DNA from: Camelus dromedarius | Lineage: Eukaryota | DNA length: 64,000 nucleotides | Reading direction: 5' to 3' | Assembly (NCBI RefSeq): GCF_036321535.1 | Contig: NC_087436.1 | Location: 47,494,001 to 47,558,000, forward strand | Shown here: positions 1 through 12,944 of the stretch, in pieces | Layout of the letters: each line of letters begins with the position of its first letter | Position numbering within the stretch: position 1 is the stretch's first letter | Notes under the pieces: model-generated | The model's input: the letters and a program-made list of their open reading frames with translations, nothing else | What the model was told of the DNA's origin: nothing | Databases searched by the model: none | Translations under genes and position numbers: made by a program

Positions 1-520
1 TTTCATTTCTCTCCTGGTTTCCTGGTTCCCTTTCCTGGCTTTCATCCTCCTTCCTTTTCTCATTCTTGGCACTTATTTTCTTCTGCCACACACTTGCTAA
101 GACCTCCCTTTTCCTTAAAAACAAAAGCAAAAACAAAAACAACACATCTTTTCTCCACTCTGTATCTCTGCCATTTTACCACTCCTTCTCTTTCCTTCAT
201 CATCCACTAAAGCTCCTTGATTAAAGAAAATTTAAATTCTGATTTGTATATCCAAGTTTTTCTTTGTTTTTGTTTTTTCCCTCGTGGTCGTCTTTTAAGC
301 CTCTGTGGCCTTAACGTTTTACTCTTTCCATGGCCTGCATGTAATCATCGTGGTTTTCTTCCTACTCCCTTGACAGATGCTTTTACTCTTGGTGAGTCTT
401 CTTTCTTTGGAGAGCTCATCCACTTTCTCAAACTCAATTTTTAAAACTACGTTTCTAACCCTAACCTTTCCAGAATTTTTTTAGAAATCTCTTCTCAGAG
501 TCTTGCTTTTTTCCTAGGCC
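1..520. mobile_element. Degenerate L2 LINE-like fragment
   Basis: Pyrimidine-rich sequence with L2-like motifs (ttcttcctactccc...ctcatccactttctca); boundaries approximate. Confidence 0.35.
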
Positions 521-1678
521 TGTCTGACATGCAGTCAATTTCTTTGTCTTCCTTCAAGTTGTAGCCACTTACATGGGAGAAAGATGATAGCTTACGTCAT
601 TTGTCACCTCTGGTAACCCGCCCATCTGCCTGGGCCAGTTTATTATAGTGGGTCTGACTTTTCTTGCACTTTGAACAGATGATAGAAGTGGGAGAGACTC
701 CCTAGACTTAAACTACTTGAATGCGTCTTGCTTTGAAGCAATATCTGTTAACCTTTCCTTTTCATCAATCATCTTTGAAAATGTGTACAGACATTTAAAA
801 GATGTTTTACCTAAGAAGATGAGAGCTATTGAAATACTGAAATGAATGTATTTCTTCCTGTCTTTCTGGTGGTGCAGGGACTAGAAGAGCAGACAGGTGA
901 CTAGGGGAAGATGTCACATGCCTGAGTTGAAGAAGCAATGCCTTCTGCTTAATAGTAAGAGATGAGATTATAAAGCATTAACATTGATTTGCCTGTGGCT
1001 GATTAAATGAGTTACACTATTTTATATTCATATGTTGTGTGTATAGCATTGCAGGGTAGAACTCTTAGACATGTTTCAAAGGGGAGTAGGACATCCATTA
1101 AAGTCTGGGTACCTCACTGGGGAGTTGGAAAGGCCAGAATCAGGGCCAGCAGCAAATGTAAGAGGGAGAACTACTAGATCCAGGACCAAGAGTCACATTG
1201 ATCTTCGAAAGTAACAGTAGCGGGCAGGCATATGGACAGGCCAGATGCAAGAGGTGCGTGGAGATGGATGGTAATACAACCAAGCCCAAGGTTCAGAAGC
1301 CCAGTGAGCAGTCAGGTCATTGATCACACAGACAGTGAAAATTAGAAAAGGGGGAGAGGCCAGAAGCTGGTGTAAACTCTTGATCATTAAGGAAATCACA
1401 GTACTTCTTTCTTGGTCAGGAGCTCAGTCCTATTGAGTGGATGACCCGAGAGCTCATCGATAGACTGAGTGAACCAAGCTAGGAACAAGTTAGGTGTGTG
1501 GGTTCCCTGGCTGAAGTGGAGGTGAGCGAGGTCAGAAAGAAACCAGATCTGAAGATGACTGTTGAAGAGATCACCAATGGTGGGTAAAAATCTCCAGTGG
1601 GAACAATCCAGATTTAGAGAAGAAGGGACATACAGGGAGCTCAGATTAACCACAGCAGTCAGAAGCCCTATCTCCTCC

Positions 1679-1701
1679 TTTTTTTTTTTTTTTTTTTTTT
1701 T
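1679..1701. repeat. Poly(T) tract
   Basis: ~23 consecutive T. Confidence 0.9.
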
Positions 1702-3054
1702 GCCAGAGGATGAAGTGTGGTGACTTATTTAAGACTCTGAGTGGTCCTGTATTAAACTGATAGAATTTTTCTGTGTGTATGCCTTTCTGTGCTTTCATAT
1801 TTCACCAAATACTTGTTGAGTTCCTAGTTAGAAATCTAATCAAGTACCTGATCAGTGGTCAGTATTTATTGAATGTGTGTTGTGTCCCCAGCACTGTTGA
1901 GGTATACTTGTGCTGCTGGGGTCTGTCATTTAGGGGTGAATTAGTGGCCATTGTAACTCCCGTGGAGCCGGAATAGAGAAAGTCATGCTCTGTCCACATC
2001 CTGTTTACCTGCTCTCATCAGGGCAGTGTTCCAAATGATTGAAGTTTCAGATTAATTAAAGGTCATATTATTTAAAATTACTTAAAATCACCGTGGATAG
2101 AGATTTTAAAAGTAAGCTTTTATTGATAATAATTTGATATTTTAAATTTGATTTTGATATTGATCATTTAAATCATTGCAGAAAGCATCATGGACAAAAT
2201 TAAAAGCACCTGTGATACCACTGCTTAGGAATAACCACCGTTAACATTTGGGTGCATTTCTTTATGGCCTTTTCCTCCACCCACCCCCTCATTTTAACAG
2301 AACTGCAATAGTATTCTATATACAGTTTGGGGCCCTGATTATTTCACTTCATTATGACATAATGAACATTTTATCCTATGCTGTAATTTATTTAGACCTT
2401 CGACTTTTAGATCATTTACATTTTACTGTCGAAAAACAACTTTCAGATAGCTGACTTTATGTATAGTATTTCCCTGCATCTCTCATTATTTCCTTTACAC
2501 AGATTCCTAGAAAAGTGATTGTTAGTTAAAACATACCTGGCATACCTCTAGAAGCGAGGGCCACTTGGCAGTTTATGGTTTCACTTGATTCCCAGGTTAA
2601 CTCTACAAATGTTGAAGTGGGAAAGGAACATATAGCCACTAACCAGGAATAAACAGGGCTTGTGATCTGGTGACCTGAGTGACCCAGAACTCTTACGGGT
2701 CCTGGTCTGCTATCTGGTTGGTTTCCTTGTTTGAGGGAAGGGGTTGAAATTACTAGTAGACAGTATGTGTCATAGCCACCAGTGCTCGGTGCTTAGTGGT
2801 CGAAGGGCCTGAGGGCTTCTGTGTGTTTTGTAGGTATGAGGATGAACAGAACACTACCTTTGTGTAATATCAGTGGAATAATATTAATTATTGCTACTTA
2901 CTTGCTGCTATTGCTATTTTTAAAATTTCAGTTTTTGTTTTACTGTTCCAGCATGCATTTAGCCTCTCATATTCAAACTTCCTAAAAAGTTTCAATCTCT
3001 ACTAGCTATATTAAATTTTTTGTTTTTTCAGGAAAAAAAAAATCCTATTCCTAA

Positions 3055-3438
3055 ATGATTAGTTGCCAGGGGCTGAGAGGAGGGGGGTAGGGTGGGAAAT
3101 GGGTATGGACATAAAAGGGCAACTCTGCGATCATTGTGGTTTTGGAACTATTCTGATTCTTGACTGTGGTGGATACATGAACCTACACATGTGATAAAAT
3201 TGTACAGAACTGAGTAAACACACAGAGAAATAAGTATGAGTAAAACTAGGAAATCTGAGTAAGGTTGATGGGTTGTTTCCTGGCTGATATCCTAATAGTA
3301 ATATTATGCTGTAGTTTTGCAAAATGTTACTATTGGGAGACCCTGGGCAAAGGACATATGGGATCTTGCTGCATCATTTCTTACAGTTGTGTTTGAATTT
3401 GAATCTACAATGGTCTCAGTAAAAATTTCAGTTAAAAA
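3055..3438 (+). mobile_element. Old L1 (L1MC/L1MD-like) 3' end
   Basis: gattagttgccaggggctg...cttgactgtggtgg...acacatgtgataaaattgtacagaact...aaatgttactattggg...tttcttacagttg, typical of L1MC-type 3' UTR. Confidence 0.75.
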
Positions 3439-3658
3439 GTATTTTTCCCACTTCTAAAAATAAGTAATTTTTGATAGCGTAGTGTTTTGCTCAATGACAA
3501 ACTTGAAATCAGGTTGATATTCCTAAGTACCACGTTTCATCCAGATTTTTTTTCTTATTAAGCTTGTCTACCATGAACAGAGGAACAAATATTTTAAAAA
3601 ATTTCACTATAACTGAGTTTTTTAAAATGTGAAATTCTCTTTTTTCTCTCCCTCTCAG

Positions 3659-3797
3659 CCATGAAGACTTTGAATTTATTTCAGGAACACGAATGCGCAA
3701 ACTTGCCCGAGAAGGCCAGAAACCTCCTGAAGGCTTCATGGCTCCCAAGGCCTGGACCGTACTGGTGGAATACTACAAATCCCTGGAGAAAGCTTAA
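3659..3797 (+). CDS. PAPSS1: Terminal coding exon of 3'-phosphoadenosine 5'-phosphosulfate synthase 1 (C-terminus of the ATP-sulfurylase domain)
   Basis: Polypyrimidine tract and AG acceptor (ttctcttttttctctccctctcag, AG at 3657-3658). After one split-codon base, 3660-3797 reads [45 protein letters not shown] (TAA 3795-3797), which I recognise as the mammalian PAPSS1 C-terminus. Confidence 0.96.
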
Positions 3798-4175
3798 GCT
3801 GTCACCCCAGTCACTTCACTTCTGACATCTCGCTAAGTAACAAGAAGGGACCACGTACTTACTGTTGGTATTTCTTTGTGGTGGTGTCTGGACATGCTTC
3901 CTAAAAACAGGCCCTTTTCCTTAACTAGCATCAGTTTTGGTCTGCCTTATGAGTTCTGTTCTGAACCAGTGTAACACACTCCTGGTTTTAATGTATCTTT
4001 TCCACTTATTATAGTTAATATTCCTGCAATACAATTTTAAAACCTAGTCTTTTTGTATTCTATTTATGCTTCTGTCTGATGATTTTTTCAAGCTGTTATA
4101 TTAGTTTGTAACCAGTAGTATACCCATCGAATCTCACTTTTGATTTCTTGCAAAAAGAAAAAAAAATCACTGAAC

Positions 4176-4181
4176 AATAAA
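4176..4181 (+). terminator. Possible proximal polyadenylation signal
   Basis: AATAAA followed by ttgttttggg ~15 nt downstream. Confidence 0.4.
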
Positions 4182-4352
4182 CTTGGCTAGACCTTGTTTT
4201 GGGAATTTTACAAGACATCTGTAGCAATTAGATTTTTTTTCTACATTGAAAGTATAAACTGCTTTCTTTCTTCTTCCTATTAGCTATTGATCTCTCAGCT
4301 GTTACAAAGTATATTAATATCTGTGTAAACCATGAATGAACTTTCTTTATTC

Positions 4353-4364
4353 AATAAAATTAAA
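4353..4364 (+). terminator. Main polyadenylation signal (AATAAA directly followed by ATTAAA)
   Basis: AATAAA 4353-4358, ATTAAA 4359-4364, upstream TGTA at 4324, T/GT-rich downstream sequence. Confidence 0.8.
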
Positions 4365-5199
4365 CTTTTGGCTTCTTATGTATGTGAATTTTTAAAATTG
4401 TTTTGCTTACATGTACCTTATCCTTCTTGTGAAAAAGTTTCTGAGAGGAGGGAAAATACAGGCATCTTCCCTTACTGTAATCAAATATTCAGTTCTGAGC
4501 ACTGTTTCATAGTGATATTTTAAGTGGGAAAATAATCATGCAGTCTCAATCCATCCGAAAATTCAACCCATTTCCTCAAATTTCTGTAACATTTAAAAAT
4601 ACCTAAGATAGTGGTACCAGTGATAGAGACATGATAGAGGGAGGTATGGGAATCCCAATTAGTTCATTTGCTGGGGTGGGGGGGGGAGTGGAAGCAACCT
4701 ATCAAGTTTGCTTTTGCAGAATATCCTTAAGTAGAATATTCAAGTGGAGATGCTTATTTAGGATCTGGATATACAATTTTGGTTGAGATGCGCGCATTTT
4801 TTATTTGCAATTATAATTCCTATGATGAAATAATTTTGTATGATCTGGCCTTGAAAATCCAGCATTATGAAGAGATAGCAGATTATGCATGGAGATAGTG
4901 GATAGTCACTATACACTAAGGCAAATGGTAATAAAATAGAATTAGGAGAAGAAATAGAAGGAAAAAAGATTTTTAAATAAAAACAGGTCATTGAGGGACT
5001 CCATTAGTGAGAAAGTTGATAGGTAGAAAAAGATGGAGAATATGTAGATATTTTCTAGTGGATTGATTTATTCACTAGTGGATACTGAATGGAAATACTC
5101 ATGAGTAGGTTACGTAAAAAGTATATGGATGGATATGTTGATGGGAAAAATTAGAGCTGATGGTTGATACTACTTTTTTAGTTCCATATTAGCTAGACC

Positions 5200-5667
5200 T
5201 TTTTTGGGGAGAACTCCTTTATGTAAATCCACAAAGGTTGAAGGGCACCATAGATTATCCCTCTCCAGCCACAAACAGCTAAGGTGTGACTCAGCAACTA
5301 ATTCAGGAACTCCCACCTCAAGTGCTGAAAATGTAGGAAGTGATGTAAAGATGTAGGGACAGAATGAATCTTGGTTTCACGGTGGCAGTGACAGAGTTGA
5401 GATTCTGGGGGCAGTGAGTATCCAGTGGAGGTGGCGCCTATGGCACCGGGGTCTCCTGTGCAGAAGTAGTATCTTATCTCGAATATTCCAGTGGTGTGGC
5501 CTTGGCTGAGGCCTCTGCAACCTCCTTTTGTTCCTGACCGTTTTCTAAGCCTCACCCTTGCATTTTCCATCAGTGCTGTAACATACCCAACAGCTTTCCC
5601 ATATATTCCTTTGCTGCCTAAATTATCTGAAGTTTGAATTGTTTGCCAAGAACCCTGATCATAACAG
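5200..5667 (+). mobile_element. Probable old ERVL-class LTR remnant
   Basis: Ends in an LTR-like 3' terminus (ttcctttgctgcctaaatta...tttgccaagaaccctgatcataaca); family and 5' end uncertain. Confidence 0.35.
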
Positions 5668-8479
5668 GTGGCGTGTGAAAAAAAATGTCTACTTCACATT
5701 AAAATCTTAATACTGCTAAATTCAAGGTGATTTTTACTATTAGCTTATTTTAAAAGTTAAAAGTAGAGAAAATTTTTTTTTAATACTTGACACTCAGAAG
5801 ACTTACTCTTTTAAAGTTACAAAAATTTACTCATAAAATCGAGATGAGAACATGAAGAGCAGAAATCAAGGTTAACATCATTAGGGTGAAATGTGGTCTG
5901 AAAAGTAACTGTGTTCTATCATGTGGTTATCCTTTCTAAGTCGCACCGTGCCCCCTCACCTCCAACCCACCGGAGAGGGACATGATTCCAGGCCGCTGTA
6001 CTCTTGGAATTGGCCACCCTCTCTGTGTTCCAGAGTGATGGAAAAGAAAAGCACCTAATGATTTCTTCCAGTCCATGGGTTAGTATGTGTGTCTTTAATC
6101 TACAAATATGATATATGCAGGAATTTTATATTTTTCCTCTCCAGTTCATAAAAATGAGCTCAAGCCAATATTTAAAACCTTCAACCCTTACACCAAACCT
6201 CTCCTGCCAAGTGGTCTTGGAAATCTCAATGCCATTTTTATCTATCCATCAGCTGGAAAGGTGAATGGAAAAATAATTTTCTTTAAAGGAAGGAGGGAAA
6301 AAAAGTGCAATCATCTTGGCAGAAATATAATGTTTTAAATCTGTCAATTCTCTTTTCCACTCTGATAATCAAGACCACATATTTGAATTTCACTTCCATC
6401 CAAGAGGGGAACAATTATGTCATCTCTTGAAAGTTTACATTTAAATACTTTATCAGGAAAAATTCGGAAGTCATGCTTCCCACATATGGTATATTTTTAT
6501 TAGCACATATGTATCCAGGGGTGAGTTGGCTCACGATGTGAGGAAGCATTTGCCCACTGGGCTGCTTTTACGTGTGGGCTACATTTCTTGCAGGGCCCAT
6601 AAGCCTCTTTGTATTTCTGCGGATTTCACGTCCTCCACGCAGTCTTGTCCTGAATGTAATTATATGTCAAGTTGTGCAAAACACATTCTGCCCACTTAAC
6701 TCCCAGTCAGTCTTTTCAGGACTGAGGTAAAAGCTGGCCTCCCTCAAGATTGTATACTTGAGAACTATGATTGAGCAGAGGGGGGTGTTAAGATTGAACC
6801 CTCTTTTTCCTGACCCCCTGTTTCACCAGATTCCTGAGGAAAATGGAACCAGAGTTTAGGGCCTAGATTTGAGGAACTGACATTGGAAACATGGAAAATT
6901 CCATCATGGACCTTTATCACCCTGACCTGTACCAGCTCTGAATATCTAAAATGATCTGCCTTTGTTAAGAATAGGAAAACATCACCACTGAAATGGATTA
7001 GGAGACCGACTCCCTCTCTGCTTGCCTTCTAGCAGCTCTGGCTTGTCTTTGAGAAATGTTCGTCCTCTCCAAGAGCATAACCACTTCTGTTGCCCAAAAG
7101 AAAGTAAGTGTCTGCTAAAAGCAAACATTCTGGGATGTTGCCACATGATCAGGCCTCTAAGAAAAAACAGCCAAGTCGAAGGGGATACTGACATGTGCCT
7201 GGTTCACCGCCTGGCTTCCTGGAGCCTGCACTAAATGACTTTGAACTTCAGTGTGTGTCTCATGCTATTTTGTGTGGCCTAGAGGCACATATTTATGTTC
7301 TACATGGGTGCAGGTATAGCAATTTGACTTTTGGTATGTTGTGGGCAATTCCAGTGGGCTGGCTATTCACTGGCATCTGTTAGAGAATTTTGAGTAAAAA
7401 ATAAGTTAAAGGTTTAGTTACCCAGGAGATGTTTTGACTTAAGCAGAGGCACAAGCTTAAAAGAGAGTATAGTTTTGTGGTTAAGCATTCAGGCTCTGAA
7501 GGCAAACTGGACCAGATCTTTGCTGGTTGTGTGCAAAAGTGAACGTTCTCATGGGATCCCTAGCTTCTGTGCCCTGACCACATGCACGACATTCTGTCAG
7601 CACTACACATTTGGTGTTCCTGCTGATAAACCGGACCTTTCCATCACCAACCATTGTGAATCTGTAATTGCCTGAGCAGTCATTTCTTCCAGTAATGGGA
7701 ACTAAACATTTGTAAATACAAATAATTAGATATGCAGAGAATAAACATATAGATTTTTAATAAGCAATAATTCCAATAGTGGTTCTTTCACTTTTACACT
7801 TACAGTGACTGTCCAGGCAATTACAGATTCATCAGATTCCGTGAGAACATTCACTTTTGCATTTCCTGACTTTACGTTTTAATTTGTATCCTGTACATTA
7901 TAGTAACATTTTTCTTTGCATTTAGTTTCCTTTTAAAAAATGAGAATAAAGGAAAAAATTTAATGTCCTAATCTCTCAGGGAAACCACTACATAGCCCAT
8001 AATAGCTGCATTGGGGGTTCTTAAGTTTTTATATTTTTAAATCTTTGGAGCAATAGGAAAGGGATTTGGTTTGTTTTATTCACATCTCAAAGTTTGCATA
8101 AAATATTTTCTTTTACTGCCAGAAATAAACAAAAGAGAACAAAGAACCTCAAGAAAAAAATATAGCTTAGAGACAAACTTGAAAACTCAGTTTTGAGTTA
8201 TTAAAATATATTAAATGGAAACGTTTAAAAGGCAGTCTTTTTAGAAAAGGGTCTGGAGTGATGACGTCGTTTATGGTGATGACTCTGAAAGAGGGCACAG
8301 GTGATGTGGTAAAAAGTCAAGAGCTCTGTTTACAGGAGAGTTTGGGGTATTATGTTAAATGAGATTTTTTTAAAATGTGGAAGTACCTGTTCCCAGGACT
8401 TTCTATATAGCAGGTATTCAACGTATGTTTGTTTCCTCCCCTTGGAGGTACGCTCTAGGTGCTGTCTAGTCTTCCTTCC

Positions 8480-8780
8480 ATTTCCTTAGACAGGATCCTG
8501 ATTGTGTTGATGTAGGCAGTGTGCCCAGCTCTAAGGGGATGGGTGATGCGGTGCTGGACATCCTGTTCCCAGCCTTCCCAGCCTCCCTCGTAGCTGTCAT
8601 TGGCCATGGGACCAACTTGGGCCAAGGAGACCTAAGAGGAATTCTCTTGGGGTGGGGACTTGGCTTTTCTTACAAAAGAGAGAGGATACAGCTAGCCATA
8701 TGACATTTCCTTTTTCTCTGTCTGGTAGGCAGACTTAAAAATGCTTCCTTGGCAAGCTCTGTACCAAGATGTGATGCATG
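8480..8780. mobile_element. Old MaLR LTR fragment (MLT1K/L-like)
   Basis: tgtgcccagctc...ttcccagcctccctcgtagct...ggccatgggaccaacttgggccaaggagac motifs. Confidence 0.5.
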
Positions 8781-10294
8781 GTATTTAGCAATTTCTGTTG
8801 CATTTGAAAAAAGTTTAAAGAAATGTTTTTCAAGTTGTGGCCTTGACCCAATTGTTAAAGTCACCTGGGTTGCTATCTCTGGTTTGAAGCCAGGATGTTC
8901 TTTGTGTCACACATCCTAAAGTTTGGTATCTGGTAGTGTAAAGTCTGAGGTAGATAGTTCTTTTGAATTGGTTTGTTTAAAAAGTTGTAATGTGTTTTGA
9001 TTTGGATATGCATTCCAATTAAAGACTTTAATAAGCTTTGGACTTGCCTATCAGCTCAGAAAGGGAGGTTTATGGAGAAGTTATTGTTTAGACCCACTTA
9101 GTAAAGCTCTGCTCCTTTGAACATTTCAAGAAATACTCAGGTTGAGAATTTGCAGCTAGAGACAGAGGTGGAACAGGATGGTCCTCTCTTGGACTAGGGC
9201 TTTGATAAGTCTTTCCTCCTTTGCTAAGAGGTTAAAACTTATTTGCTCTCCCATAAACTATTGCCAGGGATTCCTGAAATACGAAGGGCCCCATATAATC
9301 TCTTTTAGAAACAGAACAAGACCACTGCTAACAATAACAATTATTTTTAAATATTTTTCCCCCTAGAGCCTCGGTTACCTCTTCAGGTGTTTGCAATTTG
9401 CTTTGTTCGAGACTCCATCCAGGAAATGACAAAACAGTCCCTAGATAGCCCAGTCTCCTTAGTTGAAAGTCTTATAATCAATCACACGGTATTTTAACTT
9501 CTAAGAAGGAAAAGTTTACAGGCATTATGAGGTTTCTGTAGACATCTCCATGTCCCCCTGAGTTGATCCTGCCTTAGGAGACCCTCCAACACCAGGCAGC
9601 TGGGCCGATGTGGCCCCCTGCAGTGTGAGGCTTCCTGCTGCCCTTTCTCCTGAGGTTTTGGGGACTTGACACAGGCATTTTTCCCTTTGTGGCCAAGCCA
9701 GTTTCCCATTGTCTCAGTACCTCCTCCTCTTTTTCTCCAAGGCCATCCTACCACACTGGAAAGGTTTCGAACAAGAGAAGAAAGAACACTTTTGTCTCAG
9801 AAAAATGCTTAGCACCAAAGGCCTCTAGGCAAGCTTTTCAATGTTTACAGTTTTGGTTTTTTTTTTTTTTCAAGTGTTCTTAATACTCTGAGGAATGCGA
9901 AGCAACCTTCTCACACCTCATGCAGTCTGGGAATCTTCTTCCCAGGAGAGACATCTCCCTGCCACTTCAGCTGCCAAGAACCCCTTGTGGCAGATCCCCA
10001 CTGCCCAGTCCTGCAGTGAGCCGCAGGGTGTGGCTGTGGGGGCGCTTGATCATGGGATGCGACTACAGGAGATTCCCAGAATCATCCAGGCAAGTCCACT
10101 TTTTATGATAACCAGGGCTTCTGGCCCTGGGAAATTACTTAAAAATGAAACAAATTGAAAAGTCTTAGACAAAATCTTGTCACAAAAAATAAACATAGCC
10201 AGCAGAAAAATACAAAAATGAGAAAATGTTCAGCTAAGCTAGATTTTTAAAAAATTTCTTCCTGAAGATTTTAGTATTTTTTTCTTTTAAAGAT

Positions 10295-10858
10295 TTTTTT
10301 CCTTATAGTTTTATTGAGCTATAATTGACATACAGAACTGTATAAGTTTAAGGTGTACAACATAATGATTTACTTATCTGCATCATGAAATGATGACCAC
10401 AATAAATTTAGTGAATATCCATCATCTCATATAGACACAAAATTAAAGAAATAAAATTTTTTTTTCCTTGTGATAAGAACTGTTAGGATTTACTCTTAAC
10501 AACTTTCATATATAACATACAGCAGTGTTAATTATATTTAGCATGTTGTACATTACATCCCTAGTACTTATTTATCTTAAAACTAGAGTTTTGTGCCTTT
10601 TGACCACTTTTATCCAATTCTCACTCCCTCCTCTCCCTGCCTCTGGTAACCACAAGTCTGATCTCTTTCTATGAATTTGTTTCTTAAGTATAATTGCCCT
10701 ATGACGCTATGTCAGTTCCTGATACAAAATATAGTGATTCTCTATTTCTATACATGACCAAAAGTTTGCCTCAGTCAGTCTAGTTTCTATATGCCACCCT
10801 AGAGACATTACATAATTGTTGATTATATTCTCACACTGTACATTTCATACCCATGACT
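10295..10858 (-). mobile_element. L1 3' end (L1MA9/10-like or laurasiatherian L1)
   Basis: T-rich tail then ttttattgagctataattgacatacag...aagtttaaggtgtacaacat...ctctggtaaccacaagtctgatctc. Confidence 0.8.
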
Positions 10859-11114
10859 AGATTTCTTATTAATGCAAATTAAAAAAACCTGAAGTGTCTT
10901 GTTTTATTCTGGCTAGGAGGCTTTGAAATTAGCTGTAAAGTGTGAGGGCCCAGGGGAATTTTGCTGACTCCAAACCGTGTCACCAGTCCCCTGAATGTTC
11001 TGGAGAGTGTCACCCTGACCCACTCTCTGCAGCTGGGGATTACTGATATTCTTAATGAGGAGAATATCCTGCATGTGGAGGGGTGAAGCCAACTGTAGTA
11101 AGAATGAAGCATTT

Positions 11115-11265
11115 GTTTATTTACATTTTTTTTCTAATGTTTTTTGGGGGGTGGCAGGGGAGGTAATTAGGTTTATTTACTTATTTTAATGGAGGTACTA
11201 GGTATCGAATCCAGGACCTCGTGCATGCTAAGCACACGCTCTACCACCGAGCTAACCCCTCCCCC
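11115..11265 (-). mobile_element. tRNA-derived SINE, camelid Vic-1-like (long form)
   Basis: Minus strand reads gggggaggggttagctcggtggtagagcgtgtgcttagcatgcacgaggtcctggattcgatacctagtacctcc...aaacctaattacctcccc with A/B-box-like motifs and A-rich tail; TSD aatgaa(g/a)cattt at 11103-11114 and 11266-11277. Confidence 0.88.
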
Positions 11266-11879
11266 AATGAAACATTTACATTAGACCCAATAGGACCAGC
11301 GACTGTAGGTTTTCACCCAGGATTGTGACATGAGGCAAGCAGGGGACTTAGGTAAGTAACTCTGGCCACAAAGTGCTGAGTAGGGAGTAGGAACCGCACA
11401 AGGATCAGTACAAAGTGTTGTGCTTATTCAGACAGAGGGCTGGAAGGGGTTGGCTTAGGTGTTGAAAGAAGCAATGGAGAAGAGAGGATGGCTTTATCAT
11501 CTTTGCAAGTAACTCCTGGGCCTCATAGCTCTGTCTGGCCTCTCTTGGTGGCCACATAAGCTTTGACATCATTTGTTCACTCATAGGTGAACTTTTGACA
11601 ATATGTGTTCAAGTTTATTCCTGTTGTGGCAGCTCCAAATACCAGATGTGTCTGTGCCTTGGGAAAACCTCTGGGGGCCCCTCTTCTTCCACATCCCTGG
11701 GAGCCCTCTTTCTAATCATTCCATCAGTGTTGTCAGGTTATGGGATACCCACTGTATATACAAAGAACACCTGTGATGCCACCTAACCATTGTGCTTCTA
11801 GATTGTTTCTTGGAAAACCACAGATGTTTCTTCCTAATTGGAATTTCAGGACGCATGAAGAAGAGCCCTGAGGAAATAA

Positions 11880-12430
11880 TGCTAATAGGTAATGTTTGCT
11901 GTGGGTTACAATGCACCAGGCATTGGGTAAAAGACTTTACATACATTAACTTTTCTAGTCTTCACAACCCCATGGTATAAGGTGACACTTCTGTCCCTGT
12001 TTCACAGTTGCAAAAACTGAGACTTAGGTTAAGTCTCAAGGTCATATGTTATTAAGGGTTGGAGGTGGGGACAGGAACCAAAGTATGACTGATGTCAGAG
12101 CCTGACTTTGTGTGAGACAGGGTATTCACTGAGGGATTTAGAGGTGTCCAGAAATGCAAATTAGCTCTTTGGGAGGAGGAGGTACTTAAAGATAACAATA
12201 TAACAATGAGTCAAGAATAATAAATAGTTGAACATCTATTGTGCACCACGTTCTGTGTTGAGTGCTTTATACGACTTATCTCATTTAATTTTTGCAGTAG
12301 ACTAAAGACGTAGGTAAAATTCCTATTTTACAGACAGGCAAACTGAAGCTCAGAGAGGATAGGGGAATTACTCAAGATCACAAATCTAGTAAAATGCAAA
12401 GTCAGGCTTAGACTCAAACTCAGGAATTCT
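11880..12430 (-). mobile_element. Two adjacent MIR SINEs
   Basis: MIR core motifs (tttcacagttgcaaaaactgagacttag; cctattttacagacaggcaaactgaagctcagagagg...ctcaagatcaca). Confidence 0.7.
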
Positions 12431-12544
12431 GCAAAGGTGGCACACATTTTAGACTATGAGTGAACACTCGTTCACACGTATTTTCTGATTCTTACAATAT
12501 GCCTAGAGTTGAGGATGCTCTGTAATCAAGACAGGTTTATCTAA

Positions 12545-12672
12545 AGTGTTTTCTGAAGACTTCCTGAGTCAGAATTGCTTCTGATGCTTGATAAAAATGT
12601 AGATCTCTGGACCCAATGAATCAGAATCTCAGGGGAAAAGGGCTCAGAGACCTGTATTTCTAAGAAGCCCCT
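12545..12672. mobile_element. MER5-type hAT-Charlie MITE fragment
   Basis: aaaaatgtagatctctggaccc...aatcagaatctc...gggctcagagacctgtatttctaagaagcccc. Confidence 0.6.
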
Positions 12673-12679
12673 GCTTGAT

Positions 12680-12935
12680 TACTGGGTGACTGAGTTCCAA
12701 GAGCAAAAAGTGGAAGCATGTGATGTTTAGAGGCCCAGACTTGAAACTTGTACCCTGGTGTCCTGCCACATTCCATTGGCCAAAACAAGTGGCAAGGCTG
12801 CCCAGATTCAAGGGGAGAGGAAATAGTCTATCATTTGATGGAAGAAGCTCCAAAGTCAAATTGGAAGGTCACATTGCAAAGCATAGGAGGAGAAAGACAG
12901 TATCTTGTGGCCGTTTTTGTATTTTATTACCAGTG
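12680..12935. mobile_element. MaLR LTR fragment (MLT1-type)
   Basis: cacattccattggccaaaacaagt...cccagattcaaggggagaggaaatag...tttgatggaagaagctccaaagtca. Confidence 0.7.
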
Positions 12936-12944
12936 GGAATTCCA

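Larger units (their letters stand above)
1..3658 (+). other. PAPSS1: 3' part of the last PAPSS1 intron
   Basis: Lies upstream of the terminal-exon acceptor; no further PAPSS1-like exon seen; contains old repeats. Confidence 0.8.
3798..4380 (+). other. PAPSS1: PAPSS1 3' UTR (end approximate)
   Basis: Follows the stop codon, T-rich, repeat-free, ends at AATAAA/ATTAAA followed by T/GT-rich sequence. Confidence 0.8.

Noticed and set aside
3509..3748. 79-aa minus-strand ORF over the PAPSS1 exon
   Set aside because: Antisense shadow of the real plus-strand exon; no recognisable protein.
11190..11265. tRNA gene (also ~57880-57953)
   Set aside because: tRNA-like head followed by SINE body, A-rich tail and TSD.
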